A stretch of DNA of 64,000 nucleotides from Candidatus Zixiibacteriota bacterium (GTDB lineage Bacteria > Zixibacteria > MSB-5A5 > GN15 > FEB-12), in assembly GCA_034003725.1 (NCBI GenBank), contig JAVEYB010000002.1, positions 265,392 through 329,391 on the forward strand, read 5' to 3'. This document shows positions 1-11,428 of the stretch, one piece after another. The notes beneath the pieces were generated by a model. That model did no database searches, had not been told where the DNA came from, and worked only from the letters and a program-made list of their open reading frames with translations. Position numbers and translations under genes: made by a program. Numbering within the stretch: the first letter of the stretch is position 1; every line of letters starts with the position of its first letter.

Positions 1-1625
1 CGATGCTTGGAAATCGTTGCGTTCATCCGGTCGAGGATGAACAGCCGGGCCCTGCGGGCTTTGTCCAGCGCCATGCGCATGGTGTCGATATCCAGACCGG
101 TGATCTTGATATCCATCTGGATGGCGTTGACTCCTTCGCTGGTGCCGGCCACCTTGAAGTCCATGTCACCGAAGTGATCTTCATCGCCGAGGATGTCGGT
201 CAGCACGACCGTTTTGGAGTCGGACTTGATCAATCCCATGGCGATACCGGCGACCGCAGTCTTGATCGGCACGCCCGCGTCCATGAGCGCGAGCGAACCT
301 CCGCACACGGAGGCCATCGACGAAGACCCGTTAGACTCCATGATGTCCGAGACGACCCGCACCGTATACGGGAAGGCTTCCTCGTTGGGGATCACCGGGA
401 CAAGCGCCCGCTCGGCGAGGTTGCCGTGGCCGATTTCACGACGCGAGGTGCCGCGAATTGGCTTGGTCTCGCCGGTCGAGAAGGGCGGGAAGTTGTAGTG
501 GAGCATGTAGCTCTTGGTAGACTCGCCTTCGAGTTCGTCCAGGCGCTGTTCATCATACTTGGTACCGAGCGTCGCCGCCACCAGCGCCTGCGTCTGACCA
601 CGGGTGAAAAGCGCAGAGCCATGGGCGCGCGGAAGCACGCCGACTTCACAGGTAATCTCGCGGATGTCGTCAGGACCGCGGCCGTCGATACGGCGCTCTT
701 CAGTCAGGATCATGTTTCGCGCGGAGGCGCTGTCAAGATCGTGCAGCACGGTTTTGATATCGCTCTCGCACTCTTCGAATTCCTCGGCGAGGGCTTCCAG
801 AACTTCGGCTTCGATTTCTTTCTTGCGCTTGCGGCGATCTTCCTTGGCGACGATTCGGTTGGCATCGTCGAATTTTGTGCCCACGAGTTCAGTCACGCGG
901 TCGACCAGCGGTTTCTCGATGGCCACCGGCGTGTACTCGAACTGCTCCTTGCCGCACATGCGCTTGAGTTCTTCGATTTTTTCAACAATCAGCTTGATGT
1001 GATCGTGACCGAACATCAGCGCGCCGATCAGGTCTTCCTCGCTGACCTCCCGGCCGCCGCCCTCGACCATCGTGATCGCATCGGCCGAACCGGCCATGAC
1101 GATAGTCAGGTCGCTCTCTTCGAGCTGGTCGACAGTGGGGAAAACGACATACTGCCCGTCGACGCGGCCGACCCGCAGCCCCGCGACCGTCTTGGAAATC
1201 GGGACGTCCGAAATCGCAATGGCGGCCGCCGTCCCGATCAGCGCGAGGACGTCGGTATCATTCTGCTGATCGTGTGAGATGACGAAGCTGATGCACTGTG
1301 TTTCCCCCCGGAAGTCATCCGGGAACAGGGGTCGAATGGGTCGGTCGATAATGCGAGCCGACAGGATTTCCTTTTCCGACGGGCGGCCTTCGCGCTTGAA
1401 AAATCCGCCCGGGATTTTACCGGCAGCGTACGATTTCTCGCGATACTCGACCGTCAACGGGAAGAAGTCGAATCCCGATTTCGGTTCGGTGTCGGCACAG
1501 ACGGTGGAGATCACCATCGAGTCGGCGAGCCGAACCGTAACGGCTCCGTTCGCCTGCTTCGCCATTCTGCCGCTCTCGATGGTCAGGGTACGGCCACCGA
1601 TTTCTAACTCTACTGTATACGCCAT
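1..1625 (-). CDS. pnp: polyribonucleotide nucleotidyltransferase (PNPase), N-terminal 541 codons; 3' end lies beyond the window start
   Basis: My own translation of the minus strand from ATG 1625..1623 gives MAYTVELEIGGRTLTIESGRMAKQANGAVTVRLADSMVISTVCADTEPKSGFDFFPLTVEYREKSYAAGKIPGGFFKREGRPSEKEILSARIIDRPIRPLFP... The frame stays open to position 3. It is missing from the ORF track only because there is no stop in the window. The listed 3..1277 + ORF is its antisense shadow. It lies directly downstream of rpsO, the usual arrangement. Confidence 0.95.
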   Translation of the reverse strand, partial: MAYTVELEIGGRTLTIESGRMAKQANGAVTVRLADSMVISTVCADTEPKSGFDFFPLTVEYREKSYAAGKIPGGFFKREGRPSEKEILSARIIDRPIRPLFPDDFRGETQCISFVISHDQQNDTDVLALIGTAAAIAISDVPISKTVAGLRVGRVDGQYVVFPTVDQLEESDLTIVMAGSADAITMVEGGGREVSEEDLIGALMFGHDHIKLIVEKIEELKRMCGKEQFEYTPVAIEKPLVDRVTELVGTKFDDANRIVAKEDRRKRKKEIEAEVLEALAEEFEECESDIKTVLHDLDSASARNMILTEERRIDGRGPDDIREITCEVGVLPRAHGSALFTRGQTQALVAATLGTKYDEQRLDELEGESTKSYMLHYNFPPFSTGETKPIRGTSRREIGHGNLAERALVPVIPNEEAFPYTVRVVSDIMESNGSSSMASVCGGSLALMDAGVPIKTAVAGIAMGLIKSDSKTVVLTDILGDEDHFGDMDFKVAGTSEGVNAIQMDIKITGLDIDTMRMALDKARRARLFILDRMNATISKH

Positions 1626-1637
1626 GCAATTGTTTCC

Positions 1638-1907
1638 TTACCGCCGCAAACCGAGTCTCGATATGACGTCGCGATAGCTCTCGATGTCGCGATCGGCCAG
1701 GTAGTCGAGAAGGCGTCGACGCTGCCCGACCAGCTTCAGCAAGCCGTGCCGGGAGTGAAAGTCCTTCGAGTGATCTTTAAGATGTTCGGTCAAATACGCG
1801 ATCCGCTCCGTCAACAGCGCGATCTGCACCTCCGGCGAGCCGGTGTCTTTGTCGTGCAGCTTGTGCTTGTCGACGATGTCTGCCTTTTGCTCCTTTGTCA
1901 AAGGCAT
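1638..1907 (-). CDS. rpsO: 30S ribosomal protein S15
   Basis: 89-aa [73 protein letters not shown], a canonical S15 sequence. It sits between ribF and pnp. Confidence 0.97.
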   Translation of the reverse strand: MPLTKEQKADIVDKHKLHDKDTGSPEVQIALLTERIAYLTEHLKDHSKDFHSRHGLLKLVGQRRRLLDYLADRDIESYRDVISRLGLRR

Positions 1908-2851
1908 TTTCTCTCTCCTTCAGATAGTATGTTCAGTACGCGTTGTTTGTCGTTCTCAATCTGGCGCACCAGCGCCTCGGTCGAATCGTACTTCCGATTC
2001 TCGCGGACGTAGCGAGACGGGTACACGATAATCTCTTCGTCGTAGATGTCCCGGTCGAAGTCGAAAATATTCGCTTCGACCGTCACGCGCGCCGTGGGAT
2101 TGAAGTGGTTCTGCCCGATAAACATCATCCCGCAATACGACTCGTTTCCCACTTCCACCCAACATGCATAGACTCCGTCGGTCGGCAGCAGTTTGCGATT
2201 GGAATAGCGAACGTTGGCGGTCGGGAAGCCGAGCTTGCGCCCCAGCCCGATCCCGCGTTCGACAGTACCGTAGATCGCGTATTCATGTCCCAGCAGGCGC
2301 ACCGCTTCGCTGAACTGACCTTCGGCCAGCGCGCGACGTATGCGCGAGGAAGAAACCGCTTCGCCGCCGACGATAACCGGCTGTACGACATCGACCTCAA
2401 AGCCGTATTGCCCGCCCAGCGTGCGCAGCAGGTCAATCGTCCCGGTGCGATTCCGTCCGAACTGGTGATCGTAGCCGACGATCACCTGCCTGACGCCGAC
2501 CGTATCCACCAGCACGCGTTTGACAAATTCCTCTGCCGACCAACTCCTCAGCTCGTCGTTGAATTCCAGCACCAGCACTCGACCATCGAGAAAATCCGGT
2601 ATGAACTTGATCTTCTCCTCTATGGTCGTCAGAAGCATCGGCGGGTCGTGCGGTGTCACAACGACTCTCGGATGCGGATGAAAGGTGACGAGCACCGGCT
2701 CGAGTGCGCGCCGCATAGCGCAATCACGCACCCGGCAGAGTATCTCCTGGTGGCCCCGATGAATGCCATCGAAGGTTCCCAATGTGGCCACCGCCCCGTT
2801 TTCGTTCGTGCGGGAGTAATTGTGTAATCCGCGAATGAAGCTGGTGGTCAA
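1898..2851 (-). CDS. ribF: bifunctional riboflavin kinase / FAD synthetase
   Basis: 317 aa. The N-terminal nucleotidyltransferase motif is [11 protein letters not shown], and the C-terminal riboflavin-kinase part has GFPTAN ... FDFD.DIY. The TTG start overlaps the truB stop. Confidence 0.92.
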   Translation of the reverse strand: MTTSFIRGLHNYSRTNENGAVATLGTFDGIHRGHQEILCRVRDCAMRRALEPVLVTFHPHPRVVVTPHDPPMLLTTIEEKIKFIPDFLDGRVLVLEFNDELRSWSAEEFVKRVLVDTVGVRQVIVGYDHQFGRNRTGTIDLLRTLGGQYGFEVDVVQPVIVGGEAVSSSRIRRALAEGQFSEAVRLLGHEYAIYGTVERGIGLGRKLGFPTANVRYSNRKLLPTDGVYACWVEVGNESYCGMMFIGQNHFNPTARVTVEANIFDFDRDIYDEEIIVYPSRYVRENRKYDSTEALVRQIENDKQRVLNILSEGERKCL

Positions 2852-3795
2852 TTCAATACTCTGTCGTACCTAAAAAGTTCTGCATCCGCCGGGCCGTCGC
2901 ACGCGTCCGAATCGACCTGCGCGCGACCAACCGCGAGACATGTCCCGGCCCGATCTTTCAGGACGACCGTTTCTCCGGCCGCAAACCGGCCGTCGAACCG
3001 AACCACGTCGCCATACCGCACGGGCGGACCCTGGACCACGCGTCCGGCAAGTTCGTCCGAAATCTCGATCGCCGCAAACGGCAACACCCGTTCCAGCGGC
3101 AGTAAGTGCTTTTCTAACTCGCGGTTAGAGTGCAATTGATTAATATCATTCAAAGTCAAAGACTCGTCAAGAGAGAATACACCAACCCGGGTTCTTTTCA
3201 GTGCCGACAGGTACGCTCCACACCCCAGCCGTTGCCCCAGTTCGTCGGCCAGGCTCCTGACGTATGTCCCCTTGCTGCAACGCATTACAATGCTCAAATC
3301 GGGCGGTTCCCAGGCGAGCAGATCCAGCCCGTCGATAATCACCGTTCGTACGGGCAGTTCGGCGACGGCCCTGCCCTTCCGGGCCTCTTTATAGAGCGGC
3401 CGACCGTCGATTTTGACCGCAGAAAAGGGAGGAACGGTCTGCTGTACCGTCCCGACAAACGTATCAAGTGTCGCCCTGAGAAGACCAGTATCGATCCCCG
3501 ACACATCGGCGGGTACGGCCGCGTCATCGACGCCTTCCGCATCATAGGTTCGCGAAGAGAGGCCGAGGCGGATGACGGCTTCATACGTTTTGTCCATATC
3601 GTTCAGGTAGCGGGAAACTTTTGTTGCACGGCCCAGACAAATCACGAGCAGCCCTTCGGCCAGCGGATCCAGTGTCCCGGTATGTCCGCCGCCCTTCTGA
3701 TCGATTGCCCGCCGCACGGCGTAGATCGCGTCGTGGCTGCTCATGCCGACCGGTTTGTGCAACAGCAGAATCCCGTGGTACCGCTCACCGGCCAT
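2848..3795 (-). CDS. truB: tRNA pseudouridine(55) synthase
   Basis: 315 aa with HKPVGMSSHD and the catalytic-Asp motif GHTGTLDPLAEGLLVICLGRATK. It has a C-terminal PUA-like region. Confidence 0.95.
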   Translation of the reverse strand: MAGERYHGILLLHKPVGMSSHDAIYAVRRAIDQKGGGHTGTLDPLAEGLLVICLGRATKVSRYLNDMDKTYEAVIRLGLSSRTYDAEGVDDAAVPADVSGIDTGLLRATLDTFVGTVQQTVPPFSAVKIDGRPLYKEARKGRAVAELPVRTVIIDGLDLLAWEPPDLSIVMRCSKGTYVRSLADELGQRLGCGAYLSALKRTRVGVFSLDESLTLNDINQLHSNRELEKHLLPLERVLPFAAIEISDELAGRVVQGPPVRYGDVVRFDGRFAAGETVVLKDRAGTCLAVGRAQVDSDACDGPADAELFRYDRVLN

Positions 3796-4807
3796 GGATC
3801 GCCTTCTTCAGCAACTGCAGCAGCATCTCTCTGGCGCGGGAAACGGGCTGGTTTATGGTACATCCCGCCGCGGCGAAGTGTCCGCCGCCGCCGAACTGCG
3901 AGGCAATTTCAGCGACGTTGATCCCGTCCTTGGACCGCAGCGATACTTTTGTCACGCCCCCGTCTACTTCTTTTAGCAGCGCCCCGGCGAGCACGCCGTG
4001 ACTGTACAGCGTGTAGTCGACCAGCCCTTCCGTCTGTGAGACGTCCGCGCCGGACTCTTTCAGCATCTCCTGTGTGAGATACAGAAGACAGACACGCTGG
4101 TCGAAGTGAAATTCGATACTGTTCAAGACACGTCCCGTGAGAATCATGGTCGAGGGCTTCATGTCGAAGTAGACGCGATCCGTGATGCGTCTTGGATCGG
4201 CGCCAAGCGCGATAAGCGCGCCGCCGATTTCCATCGTGCGCCGTGTCGTCGCCGGATACCGAAAACGCCCCGTGTCCGTAAGAATGGCCGTATACAGCGA
4301 CGTCGCCATGCTGGGCGAGATACTCGCGTCAACGGCGTGAAGATACTCGTAGACCATCTCGCCAACCGACGACATGTCTGTTTCGATCCAATTGACAACA
4401 CCTAACGGCAGGGCGTCCGGGTGGTGATCGATATTCACTATGGTCACTGACGAGTTCAGCAGCCGCCGCGGCTTACCGACCCGTTCGAGTGTCGGGCACT
4501 CAAGTATAACGGCGGTGTCGATCGGCGGATCGACCGACAGGGAATCGGTGGGTACGATGGTCTCCACCGACGGAAGGAACTGGTATTTCTCCGGAATGTC
4601 CGAATCCCGCAGCAAAACGACCTGTTTGCCGATGGTCCGGAGGTACTCGCCAAACGCGAGCTGGGAGCCGAGCGCGTCGCCGTCCGGATCGAGGTGAGAA
4701 ACGACCATTACGATCTTTGCGGAGTCGAGCTGCGCTTTGATGCGCCCGATTGTCTCTGATCGCCGCTCAGTCAGATTCGTCGTCTTTTCGTTCACGCTTG
4801 ATTTCAT
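3785..4807 (-). CDS. DHH-family phosphoesterase (NrnA-like oligoribonuclease / pAp phosphatase)
   Basis: DHH motifs VSHLDPDGDALGS, NIDHHPD and a C-terminal GGGGH. The ORF opens at 4858. I take ATG 4807 (MKSSVNEK...) as the start, and GTG 4795 is also possible. Either start overlaps the rbfA 3' end. Confidence 0.85.
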   Translation of the reverse strand: MKSSVNEKTTNLTERRSETIGRIKAQLDSAKIVMVVSHLDPDGDALGSQLAFGEYLRTIGKQVVLLRDSDIPEKYQFLPSVETIVPTDSLSVDPPIDTAVILECPTLERVGKPRRLLNSSVTIVNIDHHPDALPLGVVNWIETDMSSVGEMVYEYLHAVDASISPSMATSLYTAILTDTGRFRYPATTRRTMEIGGALIALGADPRRITDRVYFDMKPSTMILTGRVLNSIEFHFDQRVCLLYLTQEMLKESGADVSQTEGLVDYTLYSHGVLAGALLKEVDGGVTKVSLRSKDGINVAEIASQFGGGGHFAAAGCTINQPVSRAREMLLQLLKKAIHGR

Positions 4808-5135
4808 TAAGAAGCTGTTCGATGCGGATGCTGCCCTCGATGGACTTGTCGAACACAAACCGGAGTTCCGGGACGTGGCGGATACGCAGTTGTCGTCCTA
4901 TTCTTGCACGGATGTGCGGACTTTCCTGCTGGAGATACGCCGCCAGCTGTTCGCGTTCGGCCTCGCTGCCGAAGCAGGAGTAGAACACCTTGGCATAGCG
5001 GAGGTCGTCGGTCAGTTCCACGCGGGTGAAGGTCAGCATACCGGAAATGGGGGGCTGCATGTCCGTCTCGAACAGGTGAGATATATCCCGCAACATCTGG
5101 CCGCTGAGACGGTCGGAACGTTTATACTGACGCAT
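4767..5135 (-). CDS. rbfA: ribosome-binding factor A
   Basis: 122 aa, MRQYKRSDRLSGQMLRDISHLFE...KVFYS...IRHVPELRFVFD. It lies directly downstream of infB. Confidence 0.92.
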   Translation of the reverse strand: MRQYKRSDRLSGQMLRDISHLFETDMQPPISGMLTFTRVELTDDLRYAKVFYSCFGSEAEREQLAAYLQQESPHIRARIGRQLRIRHVPELRFVFDKSIEGSIRIEQLLNEIKRERKDDESD

Positions 5136-5152
5136 CGCCGTACCGTACCGGG

Positions 5153-7405
5153 TCAGCTCTGAAGCGTGCGCGCCGTTTCGACCAGCTCATACGCCTCGAT
5201 CACGTCGCCGAGTTTGACATCCTGGAAGTTCTCGATACCGATACCGCACTCGTAGCCTTCCTTGACCTCGCGAGCGTCATCCTTGAAGCGCCGGAGCGAA
5301 CCGATCGATCCGCTGTACACGATCTTGCCGTCGCGCACCAGCTTGATTCTGTCTTTGCGGTTGATGCGGCCTTCCTTCACGTAGCAGCCCGCGATCAGCC
5401 CCACCTTGGGGACACGAAACGTGTTACGCACCTCGGCAGATCCGACCAGATTCTCGGATACTGTCGGCGACAACAGGCCTTCCAGCGCCTTGCGAATATC
5501 GCTTTCCGCTTCATAGATGATCGAGTATTGCCGGATATCAACTTTCTCGGTCCTTGCAAGTTCGCGTGCGCGCGTATCCGGAGCGACCTGGAATCCGATA
5601 ATGACGGCGTCCGACGCTGCCGCCAGAAGAACATCGGACTCCGTAACGGCCCCTACCCCGCTTCGTATGATATGAGTCTTCACTTCGTCGGTGGCGATCT
5701 TCCCAAGCGTGTCCGACAACACTTCCACCGAGCCGTCGACATCGCCCTTGATGATAAGCCGGAGTTCCCTGATCTGTCCTTCGCGAATCTGGTCGAAGAC
5801 TTTCTCGAGGGTAACGGCACCCTGCGGCCTGCGGTGTTCGTATTCGCGCTTGATCTGGCTGCGTCGCAGGGTGATTTCGCGCGCCTCCTGATCGTCATGC
5901 ACGACGAGGAAGCTGTCCCCTGCCTGAGGGACGCCGGAGAGACCCGTAATCTGTGCGGGAGTCGACGGTCCGATTATCTCCATCTTCTCCTCGCGGTCAT
6001 TGACCATCGTCCGGATGCGGCCGGAGTACATGCCCGCGACGATAGGATCTCCGATAGCGCACGTTCCGCGCTGGATGAGCACGGTGGCGACCGGACCGCG
6101 GCCACGCTCGAGTCGAGAGTCGACTATGACGCCCTGCCCGCGAATGCCGGGATCGGCCTTCAGCTCCAACAGCTCCGCCTGCAGCAACACCATATCGAGC
6201 AGTCTGTCGATGCCCTGCCCCGATTTGGCGGAGACTTCGACCATTATCGTTTTGCCACCCCAGGACTCGTCCAGCAGATTATGCTGTGACAACTGGGTGC
6301 GCACGTTGTCCGGATTGGCGTTAGGCTTGTCGATTTTGTTGATGGCGACGATTATCGGGACGTTGGCAGCACGCGCGTGATCGATCGCTTCCAGCGTCTG
6401 CGGCATCACCGATTCGTCGGCCGCGACAACCAGGATGACGATATCCGTAATCTGCGTCCCGCGCGCCCGCATGGCGGTGAACGCCTCGTGACCGGGCGTA
6501 TCAAGGAAAACGATGCGCTGGTCATTGTGGTGCACTTCGTACGCCCCGATATGCTGCGTGATCGCGCCGGCTTCACCGGCGACTACGTTGGTGTGCCTGA
6601 TGTAGTCGAGCAGCGATGTCTTGCCGTGGTCGACATGCCCCATGACGGTGACGACCGGGGCGCGCAATTCGAGTTGATCTTCATGTTCGTCTTCGCGGGC
6701 CTCGTCGCCGATGTCGCCGACCTCGCGTGTCTCGAAACCGAACTCGCTGGCCACCATCTGTATCGTGTCCATGTCGAGGCGCTGATTGATTGTGGCCATG
6801 GCGCCCATGCCCATGAGTTTGCCGATAACGTCTACCGGCTTTACGTCCATCAGTTTTGCCAACTCGGCAACCGACATGTACTCGTTGATCTCGATGACGT
6901 TGCTGTCGTGGTTGTCGGCCTCGTCGAATTCCGATCCGCCGCGACGGTATTTCCGGCGGGCCTTGCCGCCGCTGATGCCGGCCATTGTAGCTTTAAACGC
7001 ACGCGCGACCTCGGCCTTGTCGACTTCTCGACGCCCCTTTTTGCGGCGACGTTCTTTTTTCTTTTTCTTTTTCTCAATCCGCCGGAGCACACTTGACAGC
7101 TTGTCGGTCGAGTCCTTGACCTTGATACCGCCGCTGCTGGTCACCACGGACGCATCGGAAACCGGGCCCTGGCCCTGGACGGCAGGCACTTTCGCCTTGG
7201 CCTGGATCTTCTGCTTCATGTCCTTTTTGGCTTCCTGTTTTTCGACGGCGAACTTTTTCTCCACCGCCTCGACCATCTCAGGGGTCGCCACGGACATGTG
7301 CGACTTGGGCTCAAACTTCAACTCTTCGAGAATCGTGAGCATAGCGTTCGAGGAAATCTTGTATTCCTTTGCCAGCTCGTAGATGCGTTTAGATTTGCCT
7401 GGCAC
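5153..7405 (-). CDS. infB: translation initiation factor IF-2
   Basis: 750 aa. GTPase motifs are [24 protein letters not shown] and NKIDK, with a Lys/Arg-rich linker. It has a GTG start and lies downstream of nusA. Confidence 0.97.
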   Translation of the reverse strand: MPGKSKRIYELAKEYKISSNAMLTILEELKFEPKSHMSVATPEMVEAVEKKFAVEKQEAKKDMKQKIQAKAKVPAVQGQGPVSDASVVTSSGGIKVKDSTDKLSSVLRRIEKKKKKKERRRKKGRREVDKAEVARAFKATMAGISGGKARRKYRRGGSEFDEADNHDSNVIEINEYMSVAELAKLMDVKPVDVIGKLMGMGAMATINQRLDMDTIQMVASEFGFETREVGDIGDEAREDEHEDQLELRAPVVTVMGHVDHGKTSLLDYIRHTNVVAGEAGAITQHIGAYEVHHNDQRIVFLDTPGHEAFTAMRARGTQITDIVILVVAADESVMPQTLEAIDHARAANVPIIVAINKIDKPNANPDNVRTQLSQHNLLDESWGGKTIMVEVSAKSGQGIDRLLDMVLLQAELLELKADPGIRGQGVIVDSRLERGRGPVATVLIQRGTCAIGDPIVAGMYSGRIRTMVNDREEKMEIIGPSTPAQITGLSGVPQAGDSFLVVHDDQEAREITLRRSQIKREYEHRRPQGAVTLEKVFDQIREGQIRELRLIIKGDVDGSVEVLSDTLGKIATDEVKTHIIRSGVGAVTESDVLLAAASDAVIIGFQVAPDTRARELARTEKVDIRQYSIIYEAESDIRKALEGLLSPTVSENLVGSAEVRNTFRVPKVGLIAGCYVKEGRINRKDRIKLVRDGKIVYSGSIGSLRRFKDDAREVKEGYECGIGIENFQDVKLGDVIEAYELVETARTLQS

Positions 7406-7466
7406 GTGTAACCTCCTCGAATGGTCGCCTGTGTGGTGTATACGCCGGTTCGTGACTGCGGTTCAC

Positions 7467-8927
7467 TCAGGCAGACTCCTTGTCGTCCTCTGGTTCATCC
7501 GTTGACTCTTCGTCATCCTCGTCATCCTCATTACCGGCGGCGGCTTCCGGAACATCATCTTCTTCCGTGACATATTCGTCATCCGACGTAAACACATCGT
7601 CTACCTTCAGCGGCTGTTCATCGTCGGACGGTTCCTCGGTGGCTTTTTCGGCCGCCCGTGCCGCATCATACTCAGCCTCGAGTTTGCGGACGTACTCCTT
7701 GGCCCGCTCAATCAGCGTCTCAGCGGTCTTCTGGCCAAGCCCTTCGATCTTGGTAAGCGTCTCAGCCGAGGCTTCAGCCAGCCGCTGTACGGAACTGATA
7801 TCCGCCTCAACAAGGCGATTGCGGATCTTCTCGCCCACGCCCTCCAATTGACCGACCGGCACCAGCATCTCGGCCTCGCGGCGCTTGGCCTCGCTGTACT
7901 CCGTTTCGGACATGATATTGACTTTCCATCCGGTGAGCTTCGAGGCCAGACGCGCATTTTGACCGTTGCGGCCGATCGCAAGAGAGAGTTTTTCGTCTTC
8001 GACCGCCACGGTCATTTTCTGCTCCAACTCGAACATGTCGATATTGGTGACCTTGGCGGGGGCCAGCGCGCGCGTTACGAATAGCTCCGGATTGGAGGCC
8101 CACGGTACGATGTCGATTCGTTCGTTATTCAATTCGCGCACGATACTCTGCACGCGGACGCCCTTGATGCCCACACAGGCGCCCACCGGGTCGATGCGCT
8201 CGTCGGACGAATACACCGCCACCTTGGCCCGTTCGCCGGGTTCGCGGGCGATCGCCTTTATCTCGATCACGCGCTCATAGATTTCAGGAACCTCCAGCGC
8301 GAATAGCGCGCGAAGGAACTCGTCATTGACGCGCGAGAGCAGAATCACCGGACCTCGGGGCGACTGCTGGACATCCAGAATGTACGCTCTGACCCGGTCT
8401 CCCTGGCGGAATTTCTCACGGGGGATTTGCTCCCTGACCGGCAGAATGCCCTCGCCCCTGCCGAGATTCACGATGACATTTCCCTTGTCGATCTGCTGCA
8501 CGATGCCCGACACGAGGGTACCGACCTTGGAGATGAATTCGCCGTAAATGCGTTCATGCTCGACATCGCGGATCTTCTGAATCAGGATCTGCTTGGCCGA
8601 AGCGATCGCGTTGCGGCCGAACTCGAACTCGTAGTCGAGGTAGATGTCGATTTCGTCGCCGATTTCCGCGGTCGAGTCTATTTCGCGGGCGTCATCGAGT
8701 TTAATTTCGATCGTCGGATCGGATACCGAGTCCACCACTTTCTTCGTGGCGATCATGAACAACTCGTTCGACTTCTTTTCGTACTTAAACGAGATGTTGT
8801 CGGTGTACTCGTATTTCTTTTTGGCGGCGGCCAGCAGACTCGCTTCCAGCGTTTCCACGACGGCGTCAAAATCGATGTTCTTTTCCCGCGCGATCAGCGT
8901 CATCGCATCCAAAATGTCGAATGCCAT
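7467..8927 (-). CDS. nusA: transcription termination/antitermination factor NusA
   Basis: 486 aa, starting MAFDILDAMTLIAREKNI, with S1 and KH regions and a long acidic C-terminal tail. It sits between rimP and infB. Confidence 0.97.
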   Translation of the reverse strand: MAFDILDAMTLIAREKNIDFDAVVETLEASLLAAAKKKYEYTDNISFKYEKKSNELFMIATKKVVDSVSDPTIEIKLDDAREIDSTAEIGDEIDIYLDYEFEFGRNAIASAKQILIQKIRDVEHERIYGEFISKVGTLVSGIVQQIDKGNVIVNLGRGEGILPVREQIPREKFRQGDRVRAYILDVQQSPRGPVILLSRVNDEFLRALFALEVPEIYERVIEIKAIAREPGERAKVAVYSSDERIDPVGACVGIKGVRVQSIVRELNNERIDIVPWASNPELFVTRALAPAKVTNIDMFELEQKMTVAVEDEKLSLAIGRNGQNARLASKLTGWKVNIMSETEYSEAKRREAEMLVPVGQLEGVGEKIRNRLVEADISSVQRLAEASAETLTKIEGLGQKTAETLIERAKEYVRKLEAEYDAARAAEKATEEPSDDEQPLKVDDVFTSDDEYVTEEDDVPEAAAGNEDDEDDEESTDEPEDDKESA

Positions 8928-8942
8928 CCAAGCACTCCCTCG

Positions 8943-9404
8943 TCAAAAGACAATGGTCGCCTTCTTGATCTCCGCAAGCGGAACCGACAGCGTTTCGGTT
9001 CCATCCGAAAACGTGACCGTGCCGTCACCGGCGGAGACAATCTCGGCCGTTACTTTTTTGCGCGCCGGGTCAGCGAACAGCACTCTAACGGTCTCCCCGA
9101 CCCGGAAGCGGAAGTCCCGCTCCGTCGTCAGGGGGCGATCGAGCCCCGGCGAGGATACCTCGAGCGTGTACCCGTTTTCAAACCAGTCGGTATTGTCGAT
9201 CAGGTCACCGACCGCCCGCGAGAGGCGGGCGCACCGGTCCAGATCCACACCATCGCTGCCGTACACGAACAGCTTCAGCGTCACGCTGCTTTTGTACCGC
9301 GACAGCACGATGTCAGCCAGTTCACAGCGTTCCGCGGCGAGCGGCGCCGTGACCAGATCCGCTATCCGGTCTTTCAATTCCTGATCGCGATTCATCGACC
9401 TCAA
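8943..9404 (-). CDS. rimP: ribosome maturation factor RimP
   Basis: 153 aa with the LEVSSPGLDRPL motif. It is the first gene of the nusA-infB operon. Confidence 0.9.
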   Translation of the reverse strand: MRSMNRDQELKDRIADLVTAPLAAERCELADIVLSRYKSSVTLKLFVYGSDGVDLDRCARLSRAVGDLIDNTDWFENGYTLEVSSPGLDRPLTTERDFRFRVGETVRVLFADPARKKVTAEIVSAGDGTVTFSDGTETLSVPLAEIKKATIVF

Positions 9405-9481
9405 TACGCCACGCCGGGTCCATGCCCGGCGTAACCTGCAATTATAAACGCTATCTTATTCGGGCGCAACCTATTTATGTT

Positions 9482-11200
9482 TCAGTTCAGCTTCCCGGCC
9501 AGGTCTCTGACAGCCTGCACGATGTCCGAAAGCGGAACCAGAGCCACGTCCGAGCCGCTGCGCGCTTTCATCTCTACCTTGTTATCCTTCAGAGACTTAT
9601 CGCCGATCGTGATTCTAATCGGGATACCGATCAGATCCGCATCGTTGAACTTCACTCCCGGTCGTTCATCCCGATCATCCCATAACACGTCAATTCCCGC
9701 ATCGTTCAACTGATCATAGACTTTTTGGGCGGCGGCGACGTGGTTTTCGTTGTCCATGCTGATAGGAATGACCTCAACCAGGTACGGCGCGATGCTCTTG
9801 GGCCAGATAATACCTCGTTCGTCGTAATATTTCTCGAGTGCGGCCTGCGGCGTACGGGTTATCCCGATGCCGTAGGAACCCATGATGCAGGGACGTTCTT
9901 TGCCCTCCGCATCGAGGAAGGTCGCGCCCAGCGTCTCTGAGTACTTGGTACCGAGCATAAACGTGTTGCCGACTTCGATACCGCTTTTGGCGATGAGTTT
10001 CGAGTCGTGGTAGGGGGCCAGATCCCCTTCGCGGGCTTCGGTTATGTCGGCGAGGGTCGATGCCGCGAAGTCCCGGTCGAGATTGACGTTGATGAGGTGT
10101 CGTTCGTTTTGATTGGCACCCACGACGAAATTGCGGAGGTTGGCAACCAGCCGATCGACGATTATCGGGACGTTTTTAAGTCCGACCGGCCCGGCAAACC
10201 CCACCGGAGCGCCGGTGGCTGATTCGATTTCTGCCGGCGACGCCATAACAAGCTCGTTCGCCTTTATCGCGTTCTTGAGTTTGACCTCGCTCAGCTCCCG
10301 GTCTCCCCTTACCAGGGCGGCGACAGGCTTACCATCGGCCATGTAAATGAGCGTTTTGACGAGTCTGGTCGGTCGTATCCGGAGGAAGGCGCTCACTTCC
10401 TCGATGGTGGCGGCTCCCGGCGTATCGACCGCCTCCACCGTCTTCAAGTCCGGCTCGACCTCGATAATGGCGGTATCTCGGAACTCGGCTTTTTCGACAT
10501 TGGCTGCATACTTGCCGTCTTCGCTGACGATAATCGTTTCCTCGCCGGCGTCCGTATCTACGAGCAGCATAAATTCATGGGCCGCTTTGCCGCCCATTAC
10601 GCCCGTATCCGATTCGACTTTGATGACATCCAGGCCTGCCCGCCGGAATACCGCGAAGTAGGCGTCCACCATCTTCTGATACGTGACGGCAAACGAGTCC
10701 TCGTCGGCATCGAACGTGTAGGCATCCTTCATAATGAACTCACGCCCGCGCATGAGACCGAAGCGGGGGCGGATTTCATCACGGAATTTTACCTGTATCT
10801 GGTACAGGTTGAGCGGAAGCTGGCGGTACGAGCGCACTTCGCCGGCGATCAGGTTTGTGACCGTTTCCTCGTGCGTTCCACACAGCACCATGTCCTGATC
10901 GTGGCGGTCCTTGAGCCGCATCTGCTCCTTACCGACGGTGTCATACCGGCCGGATTTTTGCCACAGCGACGCCGGGCACAGCACGGACATCGTGATTTCC
11001 AGCCCGCCGGCGCGGTTCATCTCTTCACGGACGATGGTGGAGAACTTCTCGATGACACGCTGCATCAACGGCAGATACAGATAGATACCGGCGCCGAGTT
11101 TTCGGATGTAGCCACCGCGCAGCAACAGCTGATGAGATACCAGCTCGGCATCGGATTGCGCTTCGCGCAGCGTCGGGATGTATGTCCTGGTCCAGCGCAT
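9482..11200 (-). CDS. proS: proline--tRNA ligase (bacterial type with editing insertion)
   Basis: Class II aaRS, MRWTRTYIPTLREAQSDAELVSHQLLLRGGYIRKLGAGIY... The ORF opens at 11263. ATG 11200 matches the conserved ProRS N-terminus. Confidence 0.95.
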   Translation of the reverse strand: MRWTRTYIPTLREAQSDAELVSHQLLLRGGYIRKLGAGIYLYLPLMQRVIEKFSTIVREEMNRAGGLEITMSVLCPASLWQKSGRYDTVGKEQMRLKDRHDQDMVLCGTHEETVTNLIAGEVRSYRQLPLNLYQIQVKFRDEIRPRFGLMRGREFIMKDAYTFDADEDSFAVTYQKMVDAYFAVFRRAGLDVIKVESDTGVMGGKAAHEFMLLVDTDAGEETIIVSEDGKYAANVEKAEFRDTAIIEVEPDLKTVEAVDTPGAATIEEVSAFLRIRPTRLVKTLIYMADGKPVAALVRGDRELSEVKLKNAIKANELVMASPAEIESATGAPVGFAGPVGLKNVPIIVDRLVANLRNFVVGANQNERHLINVNLDRDFAASTLADITEAREGDLAPYHDSKLIAKSGIEVGNTFMLGTKYSETLGATFLDAEGKERPCIMGSYGIGITRTPQAALEKYYDERGIIWPKSIAPYLVEVIPISMDNENHVAAAQKVYDQLNDAGIDVLWDDRDERPGVKFNDADLIGIPIRITIGDKSLKDNKVEMKARSGSDVALVPLSDIVQAVRDLAGKLN

Positions 11201-11428
11201 GCTGTTTATCCTTGTCTGACAATATGTTACTTCTATCCGCGAGTCGGCGCCCGAAATTGCCATGTCGCGGAGAATTTTTAAAATACCTAATCATTATCTC
11301 AAAGCAACGGAAAAGTTTACGCTGGAACTGAGCATGCTCGCCGATACCCGCTGCATTTTGTAGTTGCGGATCACACCCACGCCGTATAAACTGTAGCGCC
11401 TGAGCGTTACAGCTCGGCACTTCTGAAT

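Noticed and set aside
3-1277. 424-aa plus-strand ORF, the longest in the first 1.6 kb.
   Set aside because: It is the antisense shadow of pnp. The minus strand gives an unmistakable PNPase sequence, whereas this frame is Arg/His/Gly-rich with no family pattern.
1943-2827. 294-aa plus-strand ORF opposite ribF. Similar long shadows occur at 3130..3921, 5528..6289, 6377..7096, 8427..9434, 10577..11281 and 13791..14876.
   Set aside because: All are antisense to genes with clear family signatures. High GC suppresses stop codons in non-coding frames.
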